From Octopus vulgaris (taxonomy: Eukaryota), in NCBI GenBank assembly GCA_951406725.2, contig OX597822.1, forward strand, positions 37,324,001-37,388,000: a stretch of 64,000 nucleotides of DNA, given 5' to 3'. Positions 62,245 to 64,000 of the stretch are shown in pieces. Every line of letters begins with the position of its first letter. The first letter of the stretch is position 1. Under the pieces are notes generated by a model. It worked only from the letters and a program-made list of their open reading frames with translations. It had not been told where the DNA came from and searched no databases. Position numbers and translations under genes: made by a program.

Positions 62245-63089
62245 TCTCAGGGGTGTAACCAGCCCACTTATGCATAGATTTTCTTTCTTTGGACCCTAAA
62301 ACTCTGCTTACAAAGACCTGTTGAGGCAAGTGAAATCAAATCAATCAAAAGCAAATTCAAAATCAAATTCGATGACTGGCGTTCGTGCTAGCAGGGTGCA
62401 AAGAGCATCATACAAGCGTGATCATTGACAGAGCAGCTAACCGGCTTCCGTGCCTGTGGCACTTAAAGGGCACCATTCGAGCGTGATCGTTACCAGCGTC
62501 GCCTTACAGGCACTTGTGCCCGTGCTAGTAGGGTGCCAAGAGCACCATCCGAGCATGATCGTTGCCAGAGCAGCCAACTGGCTTCCATGCCAATGGCACG
62601 TAAAAGGGCACCATTTGAGCGTGATCGTTACCAAAGTTGCCTTACTGGCACCTGTGCTTGTGGCATGTGTAAAAGGATTTGAGCGAGGTTGTTGCCAGTA
62701 CCGCCTGACTGGCCCCCGTGCTGGTGGCACGTTAAAAGCACCCACTACACTCTTGGAGTGGTTGGCATTAGGAAGGGCATCCAACTGTAGAAACTCTGCC
62801 AAATCAAGATTGGAGCCTGGTGCAGCCATCTAGTTCACCAGCCCTCAGTCAAAATCGTCCAACCCATGCTAGCATGGAAAGCAGACGTTAAACAATGATG
62901 ATGATGATGATATATATATATATATATATATGGCTCACGGAGTGGTTGGCGTTAAGAAGAGCATCCAGCTGTAAAAGCACTGCCAGATCAGACTGGAGCC
63001 TGGTGCAGTCTCCTGGCTTCCCAGACCCTGGTCAAACTGTCCAACCCATGCTAGCATGGAAAACGGACGTTAAACAATGATGATGATGA

Positions 63090-63090
<1 letters not shown>
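62245..63090 (+). mobile_element. RTE-tail repeat with internal subrepeats and (GAT)n tail, two adjacent copies
   Basis: GGCATTAGGAAGGGCATCCA...CCAACCCATGCTAGCATGGAAA...CGTTAAAC(GAT)n; copies near 10300, 14400, 22315, 24605, 27540, 35745, 39515, 42415, 51217. Confidence 0.7.
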
Positions 63091-63139
<49 letters not shown>

Positions 63140-63157
63140 ATATATAATATATTCCTT

Positions 63158-63520
63158 CATGTGACTGTGTGGTAAGAAGTTTGCTTTCAAACCACATGGT
63201 TTTGAGTTCAGTCCCACTGTGTGGCACCTTGGGTAAGTGTCTTCTACTATAGCCTCAGGCTGACTAAAGCTTTGTGAATAGATTTGGTTGACAGAAACCA
63301 AAAAGAAGCCTGTTGTATATGTGTGTGTGTGTGTTTGTACCTTCGCCTGTCCCTCACCACCACTTAATAACAAGTGTTGGTGTGTTTACATCCTTGTAAC
63401 TTAGTGGTTTGGAAAAAAAAAATTGATAGTGTAAGTACCAGTTGCTTCATTGGGCTAAAAATTCTTCAATTTGTTGCTCCAGCTTGACCACGGTCTCATG
63501 ACTGAAACAAGTGAAAGATA
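63158..63520 (+). mobile_element. tRNA-derived SINE with CCTTGGGCAAG core (third family)
   Basis: GTGGTAAGAAGTTTGC...GTTCAGTCCCAC...GATTTGGTTGACAGAAAC; copies near 8370, 8575, 21080, 23830, 49590, 50480, 62050. Confidence 0.75.
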
Positions 63521-64000
63521 TCATTTTCCAATTGTTTTGCTAGTAGTTCATTTTAAAAGTATTCATTGATTCCTGTGTTCTCATTCTTTCATATTTAAAG
63601 TTATTGGCATTCTTAACCTTCCAATGATTAGTAGCCAGATACCACAAAACTGGCAGCTGGTCACTATAATTTCAATAACAGTGAGCCAGCAGGCCAGCCG
63701 GTCAGCCAACACACTGTATTGTATTGTCTTCCATGCTATTTGTGAATATACAATCTGAAGGCACAGTGCAATGTAATTCTGGTAGGTCAAATGATTTTAG
63801 AGTATAAACCAAATGCTATTTATTGTGTTAGCTAAACGTTTTAGTTATTTTGTGTTTATTGAAATTTAACAGGTCTGCATCGAAATATAGACCCGTTTAA
63901 TGACTATGACATTTTCAATTCCTTGCACAAACATTTCTTTCATCTAATAAATACTTTAGTATTAGATCCAGCTGCTCTCAGTCTGTCTGTCTCTTACCCT

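Noticed and set aside
62437-62833. ORFs of about 130 aa on both strands with internal repeats
   Set aside because: They lie wholly within a high-copy interspersed repeat; similar short ORFs recur in other copies.

Overview
AT-rich, repeat-dense animal genomic DNA; the SINE families and microsatellite style suggest an octopod cephalopod (inference). Three protein-coding genes can be reconstructed by hand. (1) Translation elongation factor 1-beta on + (five coding exons, 5351-12830; first coding exon not found in the window). Its upstream intron holds a triplicated module with H/ACA snoRNA-like RNAs. (2) A solitary intronless histone H2B on - (17850-18218) with no H2A partner and no intact histone stem-loop. 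(3) A DBF4/Chiffon-family CDC7 activator on - (11 coding exons, 52655-29740, about 1449 aa, with a 3.2 kb terminal exon). The rest is SINEs, LINE 3' fragments, MITEs, Helitron/Helentron elements and a decayed Helitron PIF1 helicase. The most unusual signal is a small element present three times (4840-5155, 26426-26632, 47468-48037). It joins a tRNA-derived Pol III head to a minimal hammerhead ribozyme and is always inserted as inverted body plus short forward tail between 10-13 bp target-site duplications, suggesting a Penelope-mobilised ribozyme-SINE. All alignments and folds were done by eye.
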